64,000 nt of DNA from Azolla caroliniana (Eukaryota > Plantae > Polypodiophyta), in the NCBI GenBank assembly GCA_043228905.1, contig JBHGNT010000003.1:1302001-1366000 (forward strand), read 5' to 3'. Both the position numbers and the translations under genes were made by a program. Positions 12,591 through 25,712 of this stretch are shown in pieces. The notes under the pieces are model-generated. The model ran no database searches, had not been told where the DNA came from, and worked only from the letters and a program-made list of their open reading frames with translations. Every line of letters starts with the position of its first letter. Position 1 is the first letter of the stretch.

Positions 12591-13118
12591 TGATTTCAAG
12601 ATCATTACCTATCCAAATGTATTGTTCGTACAATCGTTCGATAATTGCAACTACATGCGCAACTTCAAGATCATTACCTATCCAAACGTATTGTTTGTAC
12701 ATTTATTTCTATTTATCGAAATTTGGCAAGGTCTATGAGCGTGTCCATCGTTCAACTTAAACTGAGTTTTACTTGTGATATATATTGTTCACATTGTTTC
12801 CTTGTTCAAGCAAATTTTTTGTTTGGTTTTTTATTTCGTATTTAGATAGAGAATAATGCTTCACATTAAAAATATTGTGGATTTAGAAGTATCACATTTT
12901 GATACAATGTGTTGCAAATTGCAATTAACCAGATTTTAGTCAATTTGGTCTAGTCCTTGCATGCACTTCTTTCAAAGTCACAATGTAACTCTTGATTGCA
13001 ATGTCATCATAAAATTCTTGAACATAAAGATTCATTTTTAATTCCACACATTTCGATGTGGAAAAGTGATTCTTCTTTGGTTTCAGGAAGTCACATGTTA
13101 TCCTTCAAACGTGTTTTC

Positions 13119-13449
13119 TTATGAACACGAGGAGCATGAGGTCGACATAGCTCTGTATCTTTGAAAGGATTGAGGTAGCAGGAATACCACAATGGCATTC
13201 CGTATTGTATGGGATTAGGACGAGGATTCATTCCCAATGGGCGAAAGGATGCTAATGGGCACAAGGGCATCTCTTAGAGAAGGTTGTCTTGTCGGATAAG
13301 ACATTACCCTCGTCTTGGTGGTCTGTCCATCGGTTGATATGCGGTCATCAAAGAATTCCCATCGAAGTTTTGCCCCATGAAGGCAAGTCTAAAACAACCT
13401 TGAGGTAACTGAAGTTTCGTCTCTTGTTGGCTCTTATTCTTCTTGCTAA
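13119..13449 (-). pseudogene. Inverted, diverged P450 exon-1 remnant
   Basis: Minus strand reads SKKNKSQQETKLQLPQGCF, WEFFDDRISTDGQTTKT and IRNAIVVFLLPQSFQRY, all matching exon 1 of the + strand genes. Confidence 0.8.
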
Positions 13450-13458
13450 GTTAAAGGT

Positions 13459-14075
13459 CAACTCGATACAGTGTATCGAGTTAGGTCTCCTATGAGCCTC
13501 AATTCGATACATTGTATCGAGTTGGAAGGTCAACTAGATACAATGTATTGAGTTGGCTTTCCAACTCGATAAAATGCATCGAGTTGGAAGTTCAACTTGA
13601 TACAATGTATCGTGTTGGAAAGCCAACTCGATACATTGTATCGACTTGGTGCACCTAGGAGCCTCAACTCGATATGATGAATCGAGTAAGGTCTCCTATG
13701 AGCCTCAACTAGATACATTGTATCGAGTTAGAGTCCAAACTCGTTACATTTTATCGAGTTGACCTTCCAAGTCGATGCAATGCATTGAGTTGAGGCTCAT
13801 AGGTCCCCTAAGTTACTCGATACATCATATTGAGTTGAGGCTCCTAGGTGCACTAGTTGAAGTCCCAAGAGCCCGAACTCGGTATATTGTATCGAGTTGA
13901 CTCTCCAACTCAATGCAATGTATCGAGTTGGAGTCCTAACTCAATACAATGTGATGAGTAGGAGTCCCAACTCACTACATTGTATCAATTTGAGGCTCAT
14001 GGGACTTCAACTTGATACAATGAATCAAGTTGTAATCCAAACTCCATACGTTGTAATGACTTGAGGCTCCTAGGT
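13459..14075. repeat. Array of about 17 palindromic 25-bp units CAACTCGATACA-N-TGTATCGAGTTG with 6- or 15/16-bp spacers
   Basis: Unit starts at 13459, 13500, 13531, 13562, 13593, 13624, 13665, 13706, 13737, 13768 and onward. Confidence 0.9.
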
Positions 14076-17000
14076 ATGGAGTTTGAGCTACTCTCTATAT
14101 AATGCATGGAAGTGAGTTATTCATGGACAAAACCGAGGGTTTTGTGGTCTTTAGTTGTATATAACAACGAAAAAATGTTGAAATTAGTCTCAACAAGCTA
14201 ATCTAAATAGAAACTTTAGAACTCAAAATGAGAGATTTTAGATAGGCTTGTGATTCACAAATGATGCTAAAATATAGGGTTTATGGTCTTTTTTCATCAT
14301 TTGCCTTTTTTTTTCTATCTTTGAAGGGCAAAATAATAACTTGAACCTTAGAGTAACGTTGATGTTTCTATTAGTTTAATATTAGGTCTACTGAGCCTTA
14401 AGAGGAGAAATCAATTAAAAAACTTTGAATAAAATATCAGATCTCACCCATTGAGACCACCCAAATCCCTGTCATCACCTATTCCTAAAAAGGGAAAAAA
14501 CTATTATTTGACGATGATATTCTTGGGCAGCCTTTTGATGAGGTCAATCAGAAGAAAATTGTGGCCACAGTAGGAGGGAAACCCTTGCATATAGAGATAT
14601 GACCGACTATGAGTGGGACTTGTTAATCCTTATTAGAAGCCTCAACATTTGAAGATGCACCTAGTGAAAATGTTCTCTAATCAAGATGATTGAAAGGTAG
14701 GGGCGATGCATATAACAAATATAAAATGTTTTCAGCTTGCCTCCCGTGAGCCCATCCGTCCACTAGCTGTTGAACTGGGGAGCTTATAGACCTTGAAGAT
14801 GAGCTATTAGAGAACCCCACGCTAGCTAGTCTATATAGAGTGGATATTAGTTCACAAAATATCGAGGATAGTTCACCAAGGAAGACTAAGACAATGATAC
14901 AGATACCCTCATAGCTATGTAAACCATTTTTATCTCGATACAATTGATGTAGTTGTCACAAACGTGTTGCTTTTAATTAATTAATTAATTTTTAAGGTTC
15001 TATCTTATTAATGTGGTCCTATAGATGTTTGTTGTAATGTTTCAATTAGTTGTATTATATGGTGTTTAATGTTTGAATTATTTGGTTGATGTGCTTTTTT
15101 TGTTGTACGATCTTATTATTAATTGTAGATTATCTTTTGGTCTATATTCATTTTTTATAGCATTAGTCTATCTACATCCATTGAAACATTTATTTATTTT
15201 ATACAGTGTATAATGTTCAAATTACATGTATATGTGCTTTATCTTTGTCGTACAATCTGATTATTATTTGCACATGAGTGTACATTCATTCATTAGAGCA
15301 TTAATCTACATGCATTTGCTAAAAATTTATTCCATATTCATCAATGAAACATTCCTTCATATTTATCCACAAATCAGGTGTATAATCCCTAAACACATTT
15401 CGTTTACTGTCAATCACATTTTGATTTAAAGCCTACTTTTATAAACACTTAAAACTTTATAATTTTATTTTCTCTCTTATTTTAAAATATTGCCAATAGT
15501 TGGATTTAAATTTAGATCAATAGCCATGTGTCCATTTAGCGTTTCCAATTAATGGTCCATGATTGTAGGTGTTCAAATTCCTTGGTATATATAGCTATTT
15601 ATGGGTGTTCTCCAAATATCATGAGTACTCCTTGGTATGTTTGTGTGTGCCTTCTTGCTTTGGGGTTTATGGGTGTCTCTTCCAATACATGTTTCTTATT
15701 CATCATTGAAATTTGAATGTCATCTCTATTTTGGCTCCCAATTATTTAGCATGTTTATGGCTTAATAGGTGTCATACATGTTTGAGTGTATCTATTTTAT
15801 GATAAACACAACCAAAATGAATATTTCTCAATACTTATATGTATAGTTTGCTCGAGTTCTCACAAACATGTATATTATATAATACAAGATCCATTAAGGA
15901 TAAATTTGAATAAATTGTAATCACTAATGTATAGATATCACTTCCTCCTCTAGCATATACACCTCTACGAGATAGATAAAGTAGCATAAGAACTTTTTGA
16001 CTCTAGCTTACAAAAAAACAAAATCTAGTTTAATAATATTGTTCCAATCATTAACTTGTGTCAGATAAGACTGCCATTGTGATGTTCTTAAATTATACAT
16101 TGTGGAAGTGGTGATCATCGACTTTAAATATTTTCCTAAAAACTACATGTTCTCTATTTAGAGACTTGTTACAAATTAATAATTTAGCAAATTCTATACA
16201 AGTGGTTGATCATGTGATACTGGTGCACCCAATATTTCACAATAGCCTAAATTTGTACTACTACAAAAAGAGTCTAAAAGTGGAATGTACGATCCTTCCA
16301 CTTGTAGACGTGAACGTGTTTATATAAAACAATTGTTAGATGTGGATCTTCTAGAATCTATCATAAATTCACACCAGCTTTAGGGTGACCCAAAGAAATA
16401 GCTTTAGTTTATTACAAAATTAATCTTCTTAGATCATATATCATAGCCATAGCTTGTCAAAATCAAACCTTGTATGACAAAGTAATAGTTAAAATAAACT
16501 TGAAGAGAGAGATAGCTCTATTAATATCCATAGAAGGCCAAGCTCGAGAGATCATATTATTACACATGGAAGTGGAAAGCAAATTTCTATTGATGTACCA
16601 AATCATTGCATTTGTAACATTTAGAAAGAATCTTGTGTCACATCTAACATTGATGTTACAATTGTGGCGTGGTTCTTTCTCCTCTTTGGTAGATGGCAAC
16701 AAGCATAGTATGAAACATACGTACCATTCATGCATTTGCGTTCGCGAACATTCTTATCATTCGAATATGAAAAACACCCTTGAAGTATGGTAATACCATA
16801 CTTTTGCACTCGTTATTTATTATAAAGGTAAACTTTTTGTAGGGTTTAGTATAAAAAAGAAACACAAGAATGTTTCAATACCATACATATTCGTTTGCAA
16901 ACATAGGAAAATGAATGTTTGGGCTAACAAATGCGTATATTACGTACTATGGCGACAAGGATCAAGTGATTCTTGACGAGTGATGCAATACAAGTTGTCT

Positions 17001-17086
17001 CTTATGCTTAAATGGTAAAATCAACACTAGATTATGAAAAATATTCACATTAGTTACTAACCATATAAACCAAAAATAATTGTGGT

Positions 17087-19660
17087 CCATCCCGGACAGG
17101 TTTCTTTAGAAATCGGAGCATCCTAGACAACCTCTTCTCATTCTGGGAAGCAATAGCCCTTGCCAAGCGTACCAACAATAAGGTAGCGCTGGTGCTACTA
17201 GATTTTGAGAAAGCATATGACAGGGTATGCTTGAACTTTCTAGAAAGTGTGATGGGGAAACTCCGCTTTTAAGAGACATGGATCAAAGGCATTACAGGAC
17301 TTTATAGGAATGACAGCAGTTGCGTTTCACTGGCAGATGAAAGGGGCCCCTTTTTCCGAATATCCCGATTTGTACGACAGGGATGCCCACTAGCTCCATC
17401 CTTATTTCTATTATACGAGGCCCTCTCTTGCTTTCTCAACTCACGGCATCTCAACCTACGTGGTCTTCCCGTGCCTCATTCTCACCAAAGCATCTTGGAT
17501 ATAGAATTTGCACATGACATAACGGTCTACCTAGAAGGGAACTTGGAAAACCTACAAAAGTTAGAAAGTGGGTTAGCCATATTTTGCAAGATATCCAATG
17601 CCATGATCAATTGGCACAAATCCTATGCAATATGGCTTTCTCATGAAACACATCCTGCGTGGCACCCACATCCCGCTTTCAAATGGATCAATCAAGGAGC
17701 GAGCACCAAATATTTGGGTTTCCAAATTGGTTTCAATATATTGCCAGAGACTATGATTGCACCCTTTATCCATTCCATTCGACAAAAGTTGATACATTGG
17801 AGTTTGAAAAAACTGTTCCTAGCGGGTCACATCATAGTGGCAAACCAGGTACTACTCGCAACAGCATGGTATAGTCTATGATGTTGGACAATCTCTAAGG
17901 AAAGTATACATTAGATTCAACGACTAGTATGCAACTACATTTGGTCTAGTAAGGAAGATCACGTAACTCGCGCCAAGGTGGCGTGACCTATACTTACAGC
18001 ATCTAAGTCGAGCGGGGGATTGGGTCTTATTGATCCCCTCTCACAATCAAAAGCCTTGCCAAATTTGTGGTGCGAGGACTCCAACCAGGAAATAATTGTT
18101 GGAAAATGCTATCGTGGTTACGTTTCGCTTACTTTCAAACCTAGTTTCTCCTACCAATTGGAGGACAGATTCAATGCATCCATGTGGAAGGTATGGTGTG
18201 ACATTAGACGAGGGCTCAAGTGCAATCAACCGAGTTCCGAACCTGCGTGGCTTAGTCAACGTATCCTATGGAACCCATGTATCAAGGATGAATCTAATCA
18301 ACTACTTGGATCAAGTAAGGGGTTGTCATGGGTATACATTGGAGAAGGTCCAAGAAAAAGCATAGAATGTTGGAGACGGTTTATGTCACTACCACTACAA
18401 GATCAAGCCAACATACTCCATGGAATCAGAAGCAGATGGACTATGAGATTAGAAATCATTAATGCTCTTCTGATTAGGGAAAATGCTACTCAAAGGACGA
18501 TAATGGAGAAATGGATAGGCTACGAGGAGGGATCTTTGATCCTGAGAGGTAGGGGAACACCAGACAGGATCGAAGGTTTTGAATTGCGAGACACTGAGAC
18601 ACTAACAAAGAATAACGCAATTCGAGTACTTGCGTATACTGGTCATAAATGGATTGTAGATCCAGATCCGATCAAAGTACAACCCGATTAACACATGTAC
18701 TCATGAAAACACATGGCTACGTAAGGTCAGTTTGGACCCTTTGCAATGGACATGGCGTGATCCTTACGTAGGGCAAGGAAGCAAACCCATCCCTTTCTTC
18801 CAATTCACAACTAGATTGGGTTGCCACATTCTAGCTACTCAAATCGCCCGAGAGGCCGCTGCTACAAAGGTCTGGCGCACATATCAAGTTCCTCACACAA
18901 TTATCACCAAGTTTTGGCAGAAAATCTGGAAACAAAAACACGTAAGGCGAATTACCACGTTCCAATGGCTATTAATACATAAGTCACTACCGGTGGGAGC
19001 AAGGCAACGTGGGAACCTTAGCTCTCTTGATTATGTAAAGTGCCCAAATGCAGTAGAATCAATACGACACACTCTGTGGAATTGCCCAGCGTCCCATCGA
19101 ATATGGCGGGGGGTTGACCGCTTGTTGCAATTATGCCAGGTGCAAGGCTCAATCAAATGGAGAAATATATGGTGGCTATCATGACAGACCCCAGTTAGCA
19201 AATACGAGCATCAAGAGGAGAGGATGACTTTGGTGATAAAAGCACAAGAGGTTTTTTTCCACACTATCGACAATGTCCTCTCAACTCCTCTTAATGGCAA
19301 ATCTCAAGTTGTGTTGGAATTGGTCAGCCCAATAACTCTTTGGATTCTATAGAAACAACAGTGTAGACAGGTCTTCTCCAACCAAACTGCACATCCAACA
19401 ATATTATTGCAAGAGATATGGAGTGAAATTGTAGCCACTCTAAAGAGCCAATATGATGGCCTCAAGGGCGGCTCCGATGGAGTTAAAAGACAACGAATAA
19501 CCTTCATCCAACAATGGTTGTCCTTTCCCTTTCTTGAGTTAGTGGGCATCCACATAAGATGGAACTATCGCGTCTCTATAGGGATTTGTAAATAATAATC
19601 TCATTTACAAAATTTTATAACTAATGGAAAGAGGTTTTTTTAAAAAAAAACAAAATAAAT
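17087..19660 (+). mobile_element. 5'-truncated L1-type LINE (RT to 3' end) with A-rich tail and about 14-bp TSD
   Basis: RT motifs LDFEKAYD, RQGCPLAP and FAHD; C-terminal zinc-finger-like ESIRHTLWNC. TSD AAAATAATTGTGGT at 17073-17086 and 19661-19674; empty site at about 41473. Confidence 0.92.
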
Positions 19661-20040
19661 AAAATAATTGTGGTGCCTACTCTACTTCTTTTGGTACAAA
19701 ACAACACATGTGACATTTATAAAAGCTTGGCTTCGATTCATTAGTCCTAAAATGATGGGCCCGAACCCAAGTAGAAATATACTGGGTGTGCCTATTTGCA
19801 CACATATAGCAACATATTAAAGACTTGTGCACACATATAGAAATGAATAAAAGACTTATGCACACATATGCAGGGATGTGGACATCTCTGGATGCATTTG
19901 TTTAAGGTTTGTTTGGCTATGGTGAAGAAAAAGAAGAAGAGCCATATATATTTGGATGTATGGTTCTAACAAAGATCGATGAACATTCAACTTGTGACAA
20001 CTAGAACTTGTGACAACTAGAACTTGTGACAACTAGAGAA

Positions 20041-21642
20041 CTACCAATAGCAACGCTACAACTATGGAGACCATCAAACAAGAAGAATAAGAGCCAGCAA
20101 GAGAAGAAACTTCCCTTACCTCCAGGTCGTTTCGGTCTTCCCTTCATCGGTGAAAGCCTAGAGTTTATCGGAACACTAAGGAAAGGGATCCCTTGGAAAT
20201 TCATCGATGACCACATCATAGCCTATGGAGAGACCTTCAAGACGAACTTAATTGCGTCTCTGACAGTAGTCCTTTCTGGTCCTTTGGGTTATAAGACAGC
20301 CTTCTCTAACACCTATACATCGTGGCCTGCAAGCGTGGTCTCTCTTCTCGGGAACAACTCCATTGCCGGGTGTGCCGCACATCGTGTCCCTCGCATACGG
20401 AATGCGTTCATGGTGTTCTTGCGGCCCGAATCCTTGCAAAGATCCACGAGCCGTGTCGACCTCATCCTCGTCACCTTCATTCATGAGTATGTAGAAGGCA
20501 AACCTAAGGTTGCTCTCTTCCCCCTTATGAAGAAGCTCATGTTCTCCATAGCTTGCGAGGTTCTGGTCAGTAAAGGAGACAGAAAAGATCAAGATATTCT
20601 CCATCATTCCTTCGACACCATGGCAAAAGGCATGTTTCTGCTGCCACTCAACATCCCAGGAACAACATATAGTAAAGCCTTCGCAGCTTCGGATGCGATA
20701 AGAAAGCACTTGCAGGTATGGATTGATGAGAGACGGAGGGATATGGATGCTGGCTTGGTCACTAGACAAGAAGACGTCCTCTCTGGTTTTCTGGCATATA
20801 CGGATGAGCATGGACAACCTTTCTCCGATAAGGAAGTGAAGGACAACATCCTCACGTTGCTCTTTGGAGGCCATGATACCAGCGCTTCTGTAGCCACCAT
20901 AGCCTGCAAACATCTTGCATCTTATCCCGAGATAATGGATGAGGTTTACAGAGGTAGCTTTGTTTGTGGCCCCCCAAATCATGCTCAATTCTTTGATCAG
21001 TGCACATATAGTCTTATGATTTGTATATGTTTCTTTCTTGTGGGCAGAGAACAAGGAGATCGCGGCAAGCAAGCGCCCTGGTGAGCTCTTGAATTGGGGA
21101 GATATACAGAAGATGAAGCTTTCATGGCGAGTGGTGCAGGAATCGGTGAGGATTTTGCCGCCAGAGCAGGGAGTATGGAAGACACGAGCTTCGATGGGTT
21201 CAGGATCCCGAAATCATGGAAGGTGCGATAGTACACAGAACTAGTTTATTAACGGTTTAGCGGCTCCGCTTAGGCTTGAACCGACATTGTCAAATAGAGC
21301 AAGACATAAAAGTTGATCCATACATTGCATTTTCCTGCACAGATATTTTCGTCCATACACACAACTCAACGTAACCCCAAGTATTTCCCGGAGCCGGACA
21401 AGTTTGATCCGTCACGCTTTGAAGGAGCAGGCCCGGCTCCATACACGTTCTTCCCGTTTGGCGGAGGCCCGAGGATGTGTCCGGGCAACGAGTTCGCATG
21501 CATGGAGATTCTGGTGCTCATCCATCGCTTGGTCACCCGGTTCTCGTGGACCCTCGAGGAACCCAATGAACTCATATCAATCAACCCCTTGCCCTACGCT
21601 GTGAAGGGTCTTCCAATCTTGCTCAAACCACGCATTCCATGA
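20041..21642 (+). pseudogene. Type-A P450 pseudogene (exon 1 ends 20953; exon 2 21048-21222; exon 3 21343-21642)
   Basis: Start codon and membrane anchor are deleted (ctacca joined to atagca); a 13-nt frameshift deletion in exon 2 near 21178. Confidence 0.9.
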
Positions 21643-22599
21643 TTTGATTTAGCTACCACACAATCGTTAAAAAATTGCAACTACAAGCACAACTTCTTCA
21701 ACATCCTAACCATTGTGTGTACATTTATTTCTATTATCGGAATTTGGCAAGGTCTATGAGCGCATCCAGCGTTGAACTTAAACTTAAGTCTTACTTGTGA
21801 TATATATTGTTCACGTCGTTTCCTTGTTCAAGCAAATTTTTTGTTGTCCTTTTATTTTGTATTTAGATAGAGAATAATGCTTTGGATTAAAAATATTGTG
21901 GATTTAGAACTATCACATTTTAATAGAATGTGCTGCAAATTGCAATTAACCAGAGTCATTTTGGTCTAGTCCTTGGGTACACTTCTTACAGGGTCACAAT
22001 GTCACCCTTGATTGCAATGTCATCATACAATTCATGAGCATAAATATTCATTTTCAATTCCACACGTACAATGTGGAAAAAGGATTCATCTTTGGTTTCC
22101 CGAAGTCACATTTTATGCTTTGAACATAACAGTAAAAATTTCTCTTTTCTTTTTAGTGAAAATACAATTATATACCTAAATGCTTGTGAAAAACACTACA
22201 ATGGTGCCATAATTTAGCGGTTGAACATGGTGAATAGGCAATCATATGCAAGATGAACACTTTCTTGGAGAAAATAATTTCACCTTAGTCAAATAAAGAA
22301 AAGTACCACATCTATACGGTATACCGTTATCATGTAGAATTGGATAGTCATATATATATATAGACATATCTCTTTACACATACATGTAAAGAGATATATG
22401 ATACGTGGAGATATTAGAAGCACTACTTAGGTAGAGAGAGACAGAGATCAAAGACATGTGTATATATAGAAGCACGATTTCTTTGAGTGCGGAAATATAC
22501 TACACAGATGCACATTTTCGCAAGACGTTCAATGTGAAAATTATAAGCTTGAGAGGGAAAAGGGAAAATTATTCATTGGGTTCAAATTTTGTCAATCGA

Positions 22600-22690
22600 A
22601 GAGAAGAAGAAGTTGGACTACCACTACCATTGGAGAAGCTTGGATATGGTGAGCTTCACCTGCGAAACCCTAGAGTTTCTCAAAACTCTG
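22600..22690 (+). pseudogene. Micro-relic of a P450 5' end (paralog at 45868-45958)
   Basis: 5'UTR/start sequence ...atggtgagcttcacct is fused to gcgaaaccctagagttt, which lies about 155 bp further into exon 1 of the intact gene. Confidence 0.65.
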
Positions 22691-24097
22691 CCTATGTTCT
22701 TAGTCATTTTCTTAGAACTCTAGAATTTAATCAAGCGTTAGCCATTTTCTTAGAGTGTTTGCATTTGTTCTTTCATTGAAGGGTTTACTAAGCATATTGT
22801 CACATCCATACACTAACCACAAATGAAACCCACTATTTATGAAAATTGAAGCCGAGCCAATTGAGGAGCAAATGAGTTTATTATAGGAAAACTTACCAAA
22901 GAGGTAAGTTCCAATCCCAATAATCTTATTAATAGATCACCATAGATTGTAGATAGTAGTGTTTTAGAATCAAGCTTGTCTATTTTGTTTGGAAAACATC
23001 TAAGGATGACATCTTCATGGCCACTTGACTTAGATTTTGAGGGTTGAAACACGTGCTTCCAAACATATGAGAAAAATTTCGTACCTAACGAAACCTTATT
23101 CATGATTATTATACATATCACTTCCATTCCCAAGTGGCTTTAGACTAATGAATAAAATAATCCAGCTTTGTAAACCAATAAACTACAACAAAGACGGAGC
23201 TAGATTGTTTAAAAAGAGGTCCATGATAACGTACCGAATTTGAGGCCTAGGGTTGGACATGGATTTTGAATTAAGGTGTGGAGGATTGTAACAAGAATTA
23301 TGGGGGTTTTTAGTGGGCACATATATCACCAAATTTGATGAATTTGTTGACTAACTTTCATTGGTGAGGCCAACTTTTGTTCCTACATGCCAATTAGAGG
23401 TTGTGACCAACAATCATATGGTTGAGCAATTCTATCAAGATATTGATCCAAGATGTCAACCACATCGTTCTAGTGGAGTCCATATTTAAAGGTTAGATGG
23501 TTCAAGTATTCATCTTGGTTTACTTGTGGACTTGATGTGGGTTTAGACATTTCTAAGGTTGTTGCTAATAGGCTTCATTCTCTAATTGAAACACGAACTT
23601 CATGTGGTGAGACGCTAGGATCCTAGTAAGAAAAACATATCGAATCATAATTCAAGAGGAATATAGACTAGTGAACTTTGTTGATGTAAAGAAGGTTTTT
23701 CATGGTCCATCATCAATTGGATGCATTATTGCAACCCTCCAAGTAAGGTTGACTTTAATAATTAATTAAAAGATTGAGAACTAACAAACACTTTAATTAA
23801 TTTATACAAATGACAAAATCATGATACTTTTTATTGTAAGCATCATGTTAAGTACAAGTCAGACCCGAATAGGTAAGTTATTAAGCAAACTAAAGTATTT
23901 AAGTGATTGCATACATTGCGAAAAGGAAGAGAGAAATATATTGGCGAAAAAGTTGTACCGTAGGTATTTCTTATGCCTGAGAATGATATGCTACAAACTC
24001 AACTAATTCAAAGTAGCATTTGTGGAAAAAACTTTAAGCTTTTGCTATTTCTTATACATGTAGAGAGAGCCAAATGATGTTCAAACAAAAGATGAAA

Positions 24098-24265
24098 TTG
24101 GAATTGGCGAAGTTTTCATTGGCTCTTATAAAAACCGATTAATCCGTAACCAGTTTAGAGATCGGTTCGGTTCAGTCTAGGTCTAAGAACCCCTAAATTA
24201 CTTATGGTTCGATTTGGTCTAAGTCCGAGCCACTTAATCCGAAACCGAACTTTTGCCAATTCCTA
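24098..24265. mobile_element. Possible hAT-like MITE
   Basis: Imperfect TIRs ggaattggcgaagtt / aacttttgccaattcc and internal AACCG/CGGTT motifs; no TSD found. Confidence 0.4.
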
Positions 24266-24924
24266 ATCACATTGGCCCTTTTCGAATTCCTTTAAATTGG
24301 TTTAGGAATACCCTTTTTGATGCCCATGACCCCCGGTTCGGTGAGACCCTCTTCGAGGCCCTTTAACCCTACCTCAATAAGATCTTTCGAGGTTCAACAA
24401 GACACTCTTCGAGACCTTTTTACCTTGGTTCAACAAGATCTTTTCGAGGCCTTTTAACCTTGGTTAACAAGACCTTTTCAAGATTCAACTATACACTTTT
24501 TGAGGCCGGTTACCCTTGGTTCAATTAGACCTCTTCGAGGCCCTTTTACCATCTTTGGTCCATGAGACCCATTACCCTAATGATACCAGCTTCCGAGTTC
24601 CATTTACCCTACTATTGATCTATTGTTTATGAGAGAGAGCTTGAGAGAGTGAGAGAGATATCATGCTTAATCATTTACTAATCGTTGAGTGAGTGTGAGG
24701 CTCGGAGGTATCCGACAACCATCTCCACCCGATTCACCATCAAGAGGGTATACGCCGGTCCGAATCCTGCACGACATCGAGGAGCTTACTCCATCGATAC
24801 ATAGATCCTTAACATCTATTTGGCGCTGCTGCCAGGGATACGACCGACGCTTGAAACCCATTTTTGAGTAGTCAAAAACTCGGAGGCAAATCACTCAACG
24901 AAGGAAGAAATCGCAAGAGAACCA

Positions 24925-25216
24925 CCATTTTCTGTTTTTCAATCATTTCATAGTTTAATTAAGTTCCATTTTCTGTTTTTTTCATCATTTCATAGTTTAA
25001 TTAAGTTCCATTTTCTGTTTTTTTCATCATTTCATAGTTTAATTAAGTTCCATTTTCTGTTTTTTTCATCATTTCATAGTTTAATTAAGTTCCATTTTTT
25101 GTTTTTTTCATCATTTCATAGTTTAATTAAGTTCCATTTTCTGTTTTTTTTCATCATTTCATAGTTTAATTAAGTTCCATTTTCTGTTTTTTTTTCATTT
25201 CATAGTTTAATTAAGT
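24925..25216. repeat. About 42-bp tandem repeat x7 in the gypsy 5' leader
   Basis: ccattttctgtttttttcatcatttcatagtttaattaagtt units. Confidence 0.92.
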
Positions 25217-25374
25217 CGATTTTTTGTTCATTCGCTCGGTTAACATTAAACATTGTGGAGATTAGGCCATTACGGGGCAAGCATAATCACCGCGAGTCTC
25301 GCGGCTTACGATCACTCCACGGGTCACGAAGCGACCGTTGGCGCCAAAAAGTTTGAATTTCCCACGCAAAGCTC

Positions 25375-25685
25375 GTCGAAGATTCAACCTTCGACGAAGA
25401 TTCACCATTCGACGAAGATTCATCCTTAGACGAAGATTCAACCTGCGATGAAGATTCAACCTGCGACGAATCTTCATCCTTTGACGAACATTCACCCTTC
25501 GACGAAGATTCACCCCTCGACGAAGATTCACCCTGCGACGAAGATTTAACCTGCGATGAATCTTCATCCTTAGACGAAGATTCACCCTTCGACGAAGATT
25601 CATCCTTCGACGAAGATTCAACCTGCGACGAAGATTCATCCTTCGATGAAGATTCACCCTTCGACGAAGATTCATCCTTCAACGA
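25375..25685. repeat. 18-bp minisatellite (cgacgaagattcaccctt)n, about 17 copies, just upstream of gag
   Basis: Directly visible; explains the repetitive minus-strand ORFs. Confidence 0.92.
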
Positions 25686-25712
25686 ACCTATAAAAAAGCT
25701 TGACCAGAAAAC

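Noticed and set aside
13459-14075. CRISPR-like repeat-spacer appearance
   Set aside because: Spacers are only 6-16 bp and recur, there are no cas genes, and the context is eukaryotic; reported as a palindrome array instead.
14080-16430. AT-rich stretch as a possible decayed DNA transposon linked to the palindrome array
   Set aside because: No TIR, TSD or transposase motif could be identified by eye.
20026-21084. 352-aa ORF as a functional P450
   Set aside because: No ATG or membrane anchor, and a 13-nt frameshift in exon 2.
25262-25682. Minus-strand ORFs (NLRRR)n and (ESSSK)n
   Set aside because: Translations of the 18-bp minisatellite; no independent coding evidence.
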